Program-made: the position numbers and the translations under genes
Assembly: GCA_964016885.1 (NCBI GenBank)
Contig: OZ024759.1
Coordinates: 24,738,001-24,802,000 of the forward strand
Source of the DNA: Eledone cirrhosa
Taxonomy: Eukaryota
Length of the DNA stretch: 64,000 nucleotides
Direction: 5' to 3'
In this document: positions 26,698 through 39,302 of the stretch, in pieces
Layout of the letters: each line of letters begins with the position of its first letter
Numbering within the stretch: the first letter of the stretch is position 1
Notes under the pieces: generated by a model
Seen by the model: the letters and a program-made list of their open reading frames with translations, nothing else
Told to the model about the DNA's origin: nothing
Databases searched by the model: none

Positions 26698-27480
26698 AGC
26701 AAGGCCTTTCTTGTCACCATTGTTCGGAGAGTGAGATTAGTCCAGTGCAAGGCCTTTCTTGTCACCATTGTTCGGAGAGTGAGATTAGTCCAGTGCAAGG
26801 CCTTTCTTGTCACCATTGTTCGGAGAGTGAGATTAGTCCAGTGCAAGGCCTTTCTTGTCACCATTGTTCGGAGAGTGAGATTAGTCCAGTGCAAGGCTTT
26901 TCTTGTCACCATTGTTCGGAGAGTGAGATTAGTCCAGTGCAAGGCCTTTCTTGTCACCATTGTTTGGAGAGTGAGATTAGTCCAGTGCAAGGCTTTTCTT
27001 GTCACCATTGTTCGGAGAGTGAGATTAGTCCAGTGCAAGGCCTTTCTTGTCACCATTGTTCGGAGAGTGAGATTAGTCCAGTGTAAGGCTTTTCTTGTCA
27101 CCATTGTTCGGAGAGTGAGATTAGTCCAGTGTAAGGCTTTTCTTGTCACCATTGTTCGGAGAGTGAGATTAGTCCAGTGCAAGGCTTTTCTTGTCACCAT
27201 TGTTCGGAGAGTGAGATTAGTCCAGTGCAAGGCTTTTCTTGTCACCATTGTTCGGAGAGTGAGATTAGTCCAGTGCAAGGCTTTTCTTGTCACCATTGTT
27301 CGGAGAGTGAGATTAGTCCAGTGCAAGGCTTTTCTTGTCACCATTGTTCGGAGAGTGAGATTAGTCCAGTGCAAGGCTTTTCTTGTCACCATTGTTCGGA
27401 GAGTGAGATTAGTCCAGTGCAAGGCTTTTCTTGTCACCATTGTTCGGAGAGTGAGATTAGTCCAGTGCAAGGCCTTTCTT
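26698..27480. repeat. 48-bp minisatellite, about 16 copies
   Basis: GCAAGGC(C/T)TTTCTTGTCACCATTGTTCGGAGAGTGAGATTAGTCCAGT. Confidence 0.95.
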
Positions 27481-27944
27481 CACTTAAAAAAGCTTCAATG
27501 ATAGGTATCACTTGATCTGTACGACTTCCATGAGTGTTGCATGAGCATGGTCCGTTTTTTCTCTTTTCTTGCAGCTTATGCAGAAAGGAATGTAAGTCCT
27601 TGACCGAGCCAAATAAACAAAATATTGACAGGAATCTGAAGGACGTTTCTATGACAGCCGTGATGAAATATATTATCTCAGTTAAAAGAAAAAATTTATC
27701 TAATTCTTTAATTTTATTTCTGTAAGAGAAAAAGGAGAAAATACATGGGTATGTGTATGAGTATGTGTGTGTGGTGGTGGTGGTGGTGGCGGTGGTGGTG
27801 GTGGTGTGTGTGTGTGAAGGGGAAGTGGTTGTGTGTGAAATTTTAACATGACAAAAAAATGTTATGTCGCAAAACTGTTTTGTTCACATTGTTTCAAACC
27901 TCTAAATAAATAGTTATCACGTGTAATTAAACTAGAACTATAAC

Positions 27945-28012
<68 letters not shown>

Positions 28013-28219
28013 GACGTAAAATAAGAACATTTTAAAAATTAAAAATTAACTTACTAAAATTTTAGCAAGTAAGTTAATTTTTAATTTTTAAAATTTTCTT
28101 ATTTTACGTCTTTCATATAATTGTTCTGCATCCCCCTGCATTGAACCACCTAGGTACTTTGACATAACTTATATATTTACTAGTATTAGTGTACATCTGT
28201 ACGCATATGTTGGTAAATG

Positions 28220-28249
<30 letters not shown>

Positions 28250-28251
<2 letters not shown>

Positions 28252-28850
28252 CAGAAACATGACAACAACATACATAGGCGAGACAGCTCGTAGCATAGGT
28301 GAAAGGATAGACCAACACTGGGGAGAACTAAAAGGAAGAAAAAACGGTTCAATACTATACGAACACGCCAGACAACAACATGACGGTAACATAGACAACA
28401 TAGAAATTAAAATAATATCTAAACATAGAAATGACCCAGCAGATAGGCAAATCAGAGAGGCCAGTGAAATAGAACTTAGAAGGCCAAAGTTAAACAGAAA
28501 ATATGAATGGAATAACAACAACACCCAAACAAACAATACTGACCTAAGAGAAATATAAATAATTAAATAAATATATACACAAGCACAATAACAACAAACA
28601 CATATAAACACACACTAGTAAACTATGATAGAATACAATAACTAAAACAGTCAACCAAATGCGAATACACATCAAACACTATACACACACGCAAACGCAT
28701 GCGCAGAGAAGAAGACCAAAAATAAATAAACAAATAAATAAATAAATAAACAGATTAAATAAAGATGGCGTAGACATACAATACAACAGAAGGAAACATA
28801 ATAGCACCACTGACGATGTTGCAGATGTGCAACGAAAGAACTTTGCTGTG
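28250..28850 (+). mobile_element. Penelope-like element 3' end: GIY-YIG endonuclease fragment, 3' UTR and hammerhead motif
   Basis: ORF segment YIGETARSIGERIDQH...SILYEH...RQIREASEI...PKLNRKYEW is a GIY-YIG C-terminal half. CTGACGA...GAAA motif at 28810-28837. Confidence 0.85.
28805..28848 (+). ncRNA. Hammerhead ribozyme motif in PLE 3' region
   Basis: CACCA-CTGACGA-T-GTTGCA(GATG)TGCAAC-GAAA-GAAC-TT-TGCTG; 6-bp stem II, stem I 4/5 paired. Confidence 0.7.
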
Positions 28851-29092
28851 TATATTTTAATTATTTAAAAATTATTTTTAAGTGAACTTGACCCAACGGG
28901 TCACGGGTGGTCTAGTATATATATATATATAATCCACTTGGAGTCTTTGAAGAGATTTATTTACTTTACCTTAATCGGTTTCACAAATTCATGATTTTCA
29001 AAAGTAATGTGTAATGGCGGGACATGGAGCTATGTTACTACTGTCACCCTCCCACCTCTCTCTATATACATGTTTATCTTTCTCACTCTCTC

Positions 29093-29125
<33 letters not shown>

Positions 29126-30629
29126 AAGGGAGAGAGAGAGAGAGAGAGTGCGTGTGTTTTGGTGTGTTAACGTGTGGGTGTGTGTGTAAGGGAGAGAGAG
29201 AGAGAGAGTGCGTGTGTTTTGGTGTGTTAACGTGTGGGTGTGTGTGTTTTGGTGTGTTAACGTGTGGGTGTGTGTGTTTCTGCAATAGCAGACAACACCT
29301 TTCGAGGTGAAGTTTGAGTAAAGTGTGTAGCCTGGATAAACACTGTGAGGGGGGCGCTTGCCCAAATATGTTTGAGAACCTCTGGACTATACACAAGAAC
29401 ATACCTGAGCAATGAACCTTTTTAGGGTCATTAAAAAATAAGTGTAGTAAAAACCAAAGCACAAGTATATTGAAAAAAATTAACGGGGTACGTGAGCACA
29501 AAAATCCCTTTAGCCGCGGAAGGCTTGATATATTTATATAGAACCCTTTTGATACGAAACCACCAGAAACAGCCTCCGTTTCTATGATGAAAAAACGTTT
29601 GTTTTAACCCTTTTGCATTCAAACCAGCTCAAACCGGCTGTTACCGGCCACCTATACTTATATAAAGGTATTGTTCTCAAAATAGATAATATCAAAATCT
29701 CATAGATTCGATATTAATGTGATATATTATGTAAGATAAAGCCTTTACTGTGAAAATACAATAGTATATATAGAGTAATGTAAAGGTTAAAGTTTTCAAG
29801 TGTACTTGTTTAAATTTAAACGTTCCAAAATGAAGTTTATTTTCTCAGAATCTTTTCTTACATTACGTTATAAACACCCATTTAACCACGAGAAAGTTAG
29901 ATGAATAAAACCCTCCACATTTTTTAAGGGTAAAAAAAAATAATTCATTAGAAATAGAGCAACAAAGAGTTAACCCTTTACCATTTAAACCAGCCGTATC
30001 TGACCAGAATTCTTTCACCTCTTTCTGTTTAAACCGGCCATAATCGGTTGCTCATATTTATGTTAAGTTACTGTTCTCAAAATAAATAATATCGAAATCT
30101 CATAGATTCGACATTATGTGAGATAACTATGTGAGGTAAAGTGTTTACCATGAAAATATTATAGTAAATATATAGTAATGTAAATGCTAAAGGGTTAAGC
30201 CTGGCGGAAGCCATTTCCACTCAACGCCTAAATACAGAAGATTTCTTCCAGAGAAGAACAAAGACTGAAAATATTGCCTTAGAATGAGAACAGAAACAAA
30301 AGTGTAACATTTTTTTGTGAGGAACTCTGTAGTATAACTGGAGATAATGTCAATGAAGGAAGATTTCATTCTTTATTGAGTTATATACCGAGTCCTGACT
30401 GAATATAGCTTGTCGACTTCCGTTGTGGCCCTCACTAGAATCCACTAACGTAGAGAAATTGTGAGGACAGGGAAGAGAGCGTAACATATCCAGGATGTAA
30501 TACTGCATCTTATGAAGTTGATCGCATCCCGGTTCGAGAATCGAAATCACAGCCTCACGATTGCGAATCCAACTTTCTACCCACTCAGACATGTTCCTTC
30601 ACTATATCATCAGAAATTCAAACTATAAA

Positions 30630-30953
30630 TAGGAATTCACAATGTTCGTCACAAGTATGAAAATACACTCTTGACAGGTGAAATGTGTCCGAACACTGAG
30701 GAGCCGAACTTCCACCGTCATCTCTCCCATCTCTCTCTCGCCCTCCCTCATCTCTCCCATCTCTCGCCCTCCCTCATCTCTCTGTATAGTGAGCAAATAG
30801 GGACCCACGTGCTGGCCGCCCCACAGTCCCGGCGGACCGAATGGAGAAGGGGTTTCCCCGGAGGATGCTAAGGGAGATGCAGTGGAAGAGACATTCCAAC
30901 TCGCGAGGCTCACACTTGCGGCTGGCCAGCTCAGCACCTATCGTGGTGAGTAG
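30630..30953 (-). mobile_element. Second CRE-like 3' end (single-copy 3' UTR)
   Basis: LLTTIGAELASRKCEPRELECLFHCISLSILRGNPFSI; aligns by eye to 24600-24797 and to the 78-bp repeat unit. Confidence 0.65.
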
Positions 30954-31554
30954 GGAAAATATAGATCAAAATGAAATTATTTCAATATATTATACACCAC
31001 AAATAGCTCAATACTTATTATCCAGGCTAAAAACTATGTTTAGCAGGACTTCATTTATACAAATTATATTTAAATATAATAATATATAGTATATTAAAAG
31101 TAAGCATTACTAGTAACAATACATAATTTTACTTACCCACACACATACACACACGCACCTACACATACACTCACACACACCTACACACACACACACACAC
31201 ACATACACATACACATACACACACGCACCTACACATACACTCACACACACCTACACACACACACACACATACACACACACATACGCACCTACACATACAC
31301 TCACACACATCTACACACACACATACACACACATACACACACACACATACACACACGCACCTACACATACACTCACACACACCTACACACACACACACAC
31401 ACACATATACACATACACACACGCACCTACACACACAGATATACACACCCACACCTACACACACACATCTATTTAAAGGAAATATGTTTAGAACGCGGCG
31501 AGTGAAGATTAGATATGAATTAGAAATAGAAGCTTCTATTTCTATTTCAATTCC

Positions 31555-31597
<43 letters not shown>

Positions 31598-31746
31598 TGT
31601 GTGTGTATTTATATATATATATATATATATATACATACACACACATATATATATATATATAAATGAAGTATTTCCGTAGGAAAGGTAAAGGAAAAGAGAG
31701 TGCTCTATGTAGGCTACAGAGCTTTTACCAGTGGTTTCTTGAGGAC

Positions 31747-31781
<35 letters not shown>

Positions 31782-32068
31782 TAGGAAAAAGTATGACCCC
31801 GACGGCAGAGCTCAAGCCGTTTCGACGGCTATTTCTGGACTCTTTCGAAACGGCTTGAGCTCTGCCGTCAGGGTCATACTTTTTCCTATTACCCACTCTA
31901 CTACCCTAAGTATTGAGTACTTTGGTGCATTATGGTCCATCCTTCGTTATATATATATATATATACACACACACACAGGGTGTCCCAAAAATATGTCTAC
32001 GCACTTCAACAGCATTTTAATAAATCTTGCCTGAACAGATAATCAAAGTGTGTATACATTTTTGGAAC

Positions 32069-32154
<86 letters not shown>

Positions 32155-32235
32155 AGTATATATACATATATATATATATGTAAGTATATATACATATATA
32201 TATATGTAAGTATATATACATATATGCATATACAC

Positions 32236-32312
<77 letters not shown>

Positions 32313-32315
<3 letters not shown>

Positions 32316-32514
32316 CCCGGATTCAATCAGGGGTAACCACAGTAAGTAAAGTACTCAACACGTAGTAGAATATATGTAATATTTAATATAGAAATGGCTT
32401 CTACAGGACTACAACTGTTTCATTCGAAGGAAATCATCAGTGAAGCCCTTTCCTGATAATTTCCTTCGAATGAAATTGTTCTAGTCCTGTAGAAGCCATT
32501 TCTATATTAAATAT

Positions 32515-32516
<2 letters not shown>
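32313..32516. mobile_element. Foldback element between (GT)n tracts; related copies at 21813-21940 and 56461-56560
   Basis: Arms 32377-32440 and 32453-32516 start exactly at a CTGAT(G/A)A-TTTC...GAAT-GAAA core. All three copies end at (AC)-type repeats. Confidence 0.78.
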
Positions 32517-32549
<33 letters not shown>

Positions 32550-32697
32550 GTGTGTGAATATATATATGTATATATATATATATGTGTGTGAGTGTATATG
32601 TAGGTATGTATGTGTAGGTGTGTGAAAATATATATATATGTGGTCCAGAAATAGCCGTTGAAACCGCTTGAGCTCTGCCGTCGGGGTCATACTTTTT

Positions 32698-32732
<35 letters not shown>

Positions 32733-32770
32733 AGGAGGTTATAGTTCACTTGAAGCATTGTGTAATGAGG

Positions 32771-33165
32771 TATAAACGTTTGTATATGTATAATAAAGCC
32801 AAAACAATGCAGGTATGGACATAGAATAAAGAATGCAAATGCAAAAGATATTGTTGACAATTACTCGATATTTATTTAAATGTCCTTAATTTTCGAGATA
32901 ATATCTCTTCTTCGGAGGGAAGTAAAGCGGTTAAACCAGTGTTCTAAATAGCTTCCCAAGTCATTGACTTGGCAAGCTATTTAGAACACTGGTTTAATTG
33001 CTTTACTTCCCTCCGAAGAAGAGATATTATCTCGAAAATTAAGGACATTTAAATAAATCTAAGGTAAAAGACTAATTGTCAACAATATCTTTTGCATTTG
33101 CATTCTTTATTCTATGTCCATACCTGCATTGTTTTGGCTTTATTATACATATACAAACGTTTATA
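32771..33165. mobile_element. Foldback element, about 195-bp arms with almost no spacer, between (TA)n tracts
   Basis: Near-perfect palindrome centred at about 32964 (ccaagtca-t-tgacttgg); variant hammerhead in each arm. Confidence 0.85.
33010..33044 (+). ncRNA. Variant minimal hammerhead motif (CCGAAGA core; mirror on - strand at about 32884-32918)
   Basis: CCT-CCGAAGA-A-GAGAT(ATT)ATCTC-GAAA-AT-TA-AGG. Confidence 0.55.
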
Positions 33166-33171
33166 TATATA

Positions 33172-33255
<84 letters not shown>

Positions 33256-33295
33256 TAAATAAAAGTCAAATGATTAAAATTTAGCTTCGTTTATT

Positions 33296-33350
33296 ACTGC
33301 TATATATATTTCAGTGACAGCCATCTTTGGCTGTGACCTCTTCAGGCAGT
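33296..33350 (-). ncRNA. Hammerhead ribozyme motif
   Basis: Reverse complement reads ACTGC-CTGAAGA-GGTCACAGCCA(AAGA)TGGCTGTCACT-GAAA-TATATA-TA-GCAGT; perfect 5-bp stem I, long stem II, palindromic stem III. Confidence 0.82.
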
Positions 33351-34069
33351 TTGAATTAGTATGGTATAGACAAGTACATATGTTGTTTAGGTGTATAATA
33401 TTGTCAATACTCTGATATGCCCAGTTCCTTGTTGGGTTGTTAATTCACTGAGGAACTGCATACTGAGGTGTTGGTATACAACCAACATAAACTCAAAATC
33501 TATATATATATATATATATATATATATGTGCGTGTCTCCTAAGCCAGCCAGATACCATAACTGTCTATTTATCTATCATCAAGACATCACACAGCAAAAT
33601 AATAACAGAACCAGCAAACAGCAGTAATTTGTCAATGGTGCTGTTTAGAATGTCCTTCTTTTGTCAATTATCCTTCAGAAATGAAATTCTATATGGTGAT
33701 GTCGTAGTTCTATCACCATTGTCCTCACAATCAATAATGACTACAAATCATAGATCCAGTTATGTTTGATTCTATCAAATGTCCTTTACATTACAATTTT
33801 GACATCTTCATTTTCTTTCTACACGATATACAATGATGGTTTCTGATTTTGGCTCAAGGCCAGCAATTTTGCGTAAAGGGAAAGCTGATTAAATTGACCC
33901 CCAGTGAATTGCTGGTACTTTATTTTATCGAACCCTTAAGGATGAAAGGCAAAGTTGATCTCGACGGTATTAAAAGTCAGAACGTAAAGGGACGTAACTA
34001 AATGCTGCAAAGTATTTTGTCCGACACTCTACCGAGTTGGTGCAGTAAGGCGCCAGCTTCAGCATTCAG

Positions 34070-34350
34070 TAATCAGAAGAAGGGAGGTAGACGTAAAAAC
34101 CAAAGTCGCTATCATGTGGTTAGAATGTCTCAAGAAAGAATCGCTGGATAGATTTTACGGGCAAAATCAACCGGCAAGAGATCCAGGAGTAGACCTTGAG
34201 AAAAATGGTTGGATAATATCCATGAACTCTGCTGGTCTCCCTTGGGAATCTAGGTGGATCAATTGGAGACGGTTGCTTCTGACAGGACCCGCTGGAAGGA
34301 GTGTTTGAGGACTCTGCCCCCACGACCCTCACAAGAAGAAGAAGAAGAAT
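34070..34350 (+). mobile_element. RTE-like LINE 3' end with (GAA)n tail; related copy on - strand at 48470-48712
   Basis: Degenerate G.R..GRP...WLD.I and DR..WR motifs, short tandem tail, and a homologous inverted copy at 48.5-48.7 kb. Confidence 0.65.
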
Positions 34351-34767
34351 ATTTAGCGATATAATAATAATTATTATTTCTACTTTTGGCACAAGGCCAG
34401 CAATTATCACAGTGTATTACTGGTACTTTATTTTATCGACCGCGTAAGGATGAAAGGCAAAGTTAACCTCGGCGAGATTTGAACTCAGACCATAAAGAGC
34501 CGTAATCATTTAGAAACTAAAAATAGCTTTTGGTTTGCTAAATACACTATGAATCAACAATGTTGTTTTAACTCGTTCATTACCATATTTCTCATGAAGG
34601 ACATTACCAATTGTTTCAAATAACTTTATAATTAATCAAGAATTTGGAAGGATTTAATGAAACAACTAACTTTTTTCATTAGTAAGCTGATGTTAGGAAC
34701 ATTACTTGACAAACATTTCTTAAATAAATTCATAGAAAAATGAGCAAAGTCATCAATGACAGTGTCA

Positions 34768-37258
34768 GGTAAAAATAGCTCAGAGGACAGAGAGCAGTAG
34801 CTAGTGGTCAGTAAGATAGCTCAGAGGACAGAGATCAGTGGATAGTGGTCAGTAAGATAGCTCAGAGGACAGAGATCAGTGGATAGTGGTCAGTAAGATA
34901 GCTCAGAGGACAGAGATAAGTGGCTAGTGGTCAGTAAGATAGCTCAGAGGACAGAGATCAGTGGATAGTGGTCAGTAAGATACCTCAGAGGACGGAGATA
35001 GTGGCTAGTGGTCAGTAAGATAGCTCAGAGGACAGAGAGCAGTGGCTAGTGGTCAGTAAGATACCTCAGAGGACGGAGATAGTGGCTAGTGGTCGTAAGA
35101 TAGCTCAGAGGACAGAGATCAGTGGCTAGTGGTCAGTAAGATAGCTCAGAGGACAGAGATCAGTGGCTAGTGGTCAGTAAGATAGCTCAGAGGAGAGAGA
35201 TCAGTGGATAGTGGTCAGTAAGATAGCTCAGAGGACAGAGATCAGTGGATAGTGGTCAGTAAGATAGCTCAGAGGAGAGAGATCAGTGGATAGTGGTCAG
35301 TAAGATAGCTCAGAGGACAGAGATCAGTGGATAGTAGTCAGTAAAATACCTCAGAGGACGGAGATAGTGGCTAGTGGTCAGTAAGATAGCTCAGAGGACA
35401 GAGATCAGTGGCTAGTGGTCAGTAAGATAGCTCAGAGGAGAGAGATCAGTGGATAGTGGTCAGTAAGATAGCTCAGAGGACAGAGATCAGTGGATAGTGG
35501 TCAGTAAGATAGCTCAGAGGACAGAGATCAGTGGATAGTAGTCAGTAAAATACCTCAGAGGACGGAGATAGTGGCTAGTGGTCAGTAAGATAGCTCAGAG
35601 GACAGAGATCAGTGGCTAGTGGTCAGTAAGATAGCTCAGAGGAGAGAGATCAGTGGATAGTGGTCAGTAAGATAGCTCAGAGGACAGAGATCAGTGGGTA
35701 GTGGTCAGTAAAATACCTCAGAGGACAGAGATAGTGGATAGTGGTCAGTAAGATAGCTCAGAGGACAGAGATCAGTGGATAGTAGTCAGTAAGATAGCTC
35801 AGAGGACAGAGATCAGTGGGTAGTGGTCAGTAAAATACCTCAGAGGACAGAGATAGTGGCTAGTGGTCGTAAGATAGCTCAGAGGACAGAGATCAGTGGA
35901 TAGTGGTCAGTAAGATAGCTCAGAGGACAGAGATCAGTCGATAGTGGTCAGTAAGATAGCTCAGAGGACAGAGATCAGTCGATAGTGGTCAGTAAGATAG
36001 CTCAGAGGACAGATATCAGTAAGATAGCTCAGAGGACAGAGATCAGTGGCTAGTGGTCAGTAAGATAGCTCAGAGGACAGAGATCAGTGGGTAGTGGTCA
36101 GTAAAATACCTCAGAGGACAGAGATAGTGGCTAGTGGTCGTAAGATAGCTCAGAGGACAGAGATCAGTGGATAGTGGTCAGTAAAATACCTCAGAGGACA
36201 GAGATAGTGGCTAGTGGTCGTAAGATAGCTCAGAGGACAGAGATCAGTGGATAGTGGTCAGTAAGATAGCTCAGAGGACAGAGATCAGTCGATAGTGGTC
36301 AGTAAGATAGCTCAGAGGACAGAGATCAGTCGATAGTGGTCAGTAAGATAGCTCAGAGGACAGATATCAGTAAGATAGCTCAGAGGACAGAGATCAGTGG
36401 CTAGTGGTCAGTAAGATAGCTCAGAGGACAGAGATCAGTGGGTAGTGGTCAGTAAAATACCTCAGAGGACAGAGATAGTGGCTAGTGGTCGTAAGATAGC
36501 TCAGAGGACAGATATCAGTGGATAGTGGTCAGTAAAATACCTCAGAGGACAGAGATCAGTGGATAGTGGTCAGTAAGATAGCTCAGAGGACAGAGATCAG
36601 TGGATAGTGGTCAGTAAGATAGCTCAGAGGACAGAGATCAGTCGATAGTGGTCAGTAAGATAGCTCAGAGGACAGAGATCAGTCGATAGTGGTCAGTAAG
36701 ATAGCTCAGAGGACAGATATCAGTGGGTAGTGGTCAGTAAAATACCTCAGAGGACAGAGATAGTGGCTAGTGGTCGTAAGATAGCTCAGAGGACAGAGAT
36801 CAGTGGATAGTGGTCAGTAAGATAGCTCAGAGGACAGAGATCAGTGGGTAGTGGTCAGTAAAATACCTCAGAGGACAGAGATAGTGGCTAGTGGTCGTAA
36901 GATAGCTCAGAGGACAGATATCAGTCGATAGTGGTCAGTAAGATAGCTCAGAGGACAGATATCAGTCGATAGTGGTCAGTAAGATAGCTCAGAGGACAGA
37001 TATCAGTAAGATAGCTGAGAGGACAGATATCAGTGGATAGTGGTCAGTAAGATACCTCAGAAAACAGAGATCAGTGGGTAGTGGTCAGTAAAATACCTCA
37101 GAGGACGGAGATAGTGGCTAGTGGTCGTAAGATAGCTCAGAGGGCAGATATCAGTAAGATAGCTCAGAGGACAGTGATCTGTAAAATAGTTCAGAGCTCA
37201 GAGATAGTGGCTAGTGATCGGTAGACTACTTCAGAGGACAATGATCAGTGGATAGTGA
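34768..37258. repeat. 41-bp satellite array, about 60 units; related arrays at 48915-49280 (inverted) and 10400-10505 (degenerate)
   Basis: AGATAGCTCAGAGGACAGAGATCAGTGG(A/C/G)TAGTGGTCAGTA with recurring 39-40-bp variants. Confidence 0.96.
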
Positions 37259-37269
37259 CAATGTTTTAC

Positions 37270-37900
37270 GTATTAAAGACTTTCAAAACAACTATTTTTT
37301 AGTCAATTGCACACAGGGGAATGTCCTCAGCACAAAACAAGAAAAACATATAAAGACTGCATAAAAAAACAATCTCAAGGATCTACAGATTGAAGTTCAG
37401 AACTGGAAAGTGCTAGCTTTAAAGAAAGTTGAATAGAGAGGACATGTGAAGGAAGGCTGAAGAATGCTTGGAGAGAGAAGTCTCGACTATGAAAGACTTG
37501 AGTCAGCTTCGAATAAGCCATAGTATAAACCTCAATAAGAACATAGGGAGCTGGAGATGTAAAGTGTATGGTCGTCTAATACTCTCTAAATCTGGATAGA
37601 TCACTCATCTAAAATCATATGAAAAACCAACTGTATGCAGCGCTATCTCTCCAATACTAGGTGAGGCAATATGTGTGGTGTGTAGAAAAATCTGAAAATC
37701 AATTTCTGGTCTTGAAAGTCATATGAGAGTACAAAACTATGACATCCCACACACTGACCTAATCAATCCAATAGAGAGCACATCTTTTGTCTGTCACATT
37801 TGCTGCACACCGGGCAAATCTGAAGTTGAGCTTAAAAGATACCTATGAGGTCACGAACGAACATTTGAGGGTTTACAGAGAGACGGCAATCATTTGCAAA
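37270..37900 (+). mobile_element. RTE-clade LINE 3' end with degenerate C2H2-like fingers
   Basis: GKCPQHKTRKTYKDCIK...LKDLQIEVQNWKVLAL, followed by CxxC...H motifs (CVVCRKI*KSISGLESHMRV) with stops. Confidence 0.6.
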
Positions 37901-37905
37901 GATTA

Positions 37906-37985
<80 letters not shown>

Positions 37986-37989
37986 CTTT

Positions 37990-39205
37990 CATTGGTTTCG
38001 GCCAGTATTGACCCGGGCTATGTCTAACTTAATAGCACCACATGGCGAAGTCTTTCAAATCAGGATTTGGACAACATGGCCCACTCAAGTAGAGAGTTAT
38101 TGTTTACGGAGACATATCCGGGTGTAGGAGGTTTATCCGGGATTTCTTGAAATTTATGTGGTCTGTTTCTGTTTTAATGTGTTTTGGTGTAATGTTAAAG
38201 AGAATGGGGTCAATTGAGATGAAATAATTGTGCCGTATTGTTGTTATGAGATGCGGGTGTGATTTTTGTTGTGGGCCGATAGCACGGGGCCCAAGCCTTG
38301 GCTGTACCTTAAAGATGTTAACATCATTTGATCAATGCTGATGGAATATTTTCTACATCATGCAGATAATGTAGCGCTTACGGTGACGTTGGAGAGAATA
38401 AGGTTTGAGTTTTTCTAGTCAACCCCAATAGTCAAGGCCTGACATGCCATCTCTCGTGATTGACCTTTGAGGAGCTTCAATTTTCATGATACTTTGTTTC
38501 GTGTGGGGAGACCATAGTAGACAACAGTATTCAAGGTGGAGTCGAGAAAAAGTGGAGAAGAGAAGGATAGTAGTGTGGATATCTCTCGACTGGAAGGTTC
38601 TGAGAATCCAGGAACACATTCTGCGGGCCATGTCAACTTTGCTGTTTATATGCGTGGCCCAGCTTATGTTATTGTCCACAATTACTCCCAAGTCTCTGAT
38701 ATTGTTGGATGCCACGAGAGTTTCACCTGAAGGAAAGGAGTATGGGAGTTTCAGGGCATCCTCTTTTCCAAAGTGGATTAACTCAAATTTATCCTCGTTC
38801 AGCAGCATATTGTTCTTTTCCTCCCATTGGATAACAGACAGTAGGTTTGACTGAAGGCATGTCCGGTCACCCACTTCATTGATGACCTTCTGGAGCTTGG
38901 AATTATCTGCAAAGATTCTTATGTTGCTGTGTTTGATGATGCTAGTAATGTTATTAATGTAGATGATGAAAAGTAGTGGGCCCAACACAGTGCCTTGCGG
39001 AACGCCATTACTGATTTTGGCTGGGCTTGATTTTACTCCTTCGACTACATGTTGGGCTCTGTCTGTCAGGAAACATTTGATCCATTGCAGTAACTTTCCA
39101 GAGACACCAATGTTAGATAGTTATTTTCTATAGAATCTTGTGATCAACCCTGTCAAATATCTTGCTGAAATCAAGGTAGATGACATCAGTGTTGGAACCC
39201 TCTCA
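37990..39205 (-). mobile_element. CR1/L2-clade LINE reverse transcriptase fragment, degenerate
   Basis: LDFSK.FDRVDH...GVPQGTVLGPLLFIIYINNI...IFADNSKL...IRDLGVIVD...LEYC..LWSP motifs; catalytic DD reads DN; frameshifts present. Confidence 0.9.
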
Positions 39206-39210
39206 CAAAG

Positions 39211-39244
<34 letters not shown>

Positions 39245-39246
39245 AT

Positions 39247-39302
<56 letters not shown>

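Noticed and set aside
26643-27515. 16-aa repeat ORFs including a CHHC-containing frame
   Set aside because: 48-bp minisatellite open in several frames; no splice or homology support.
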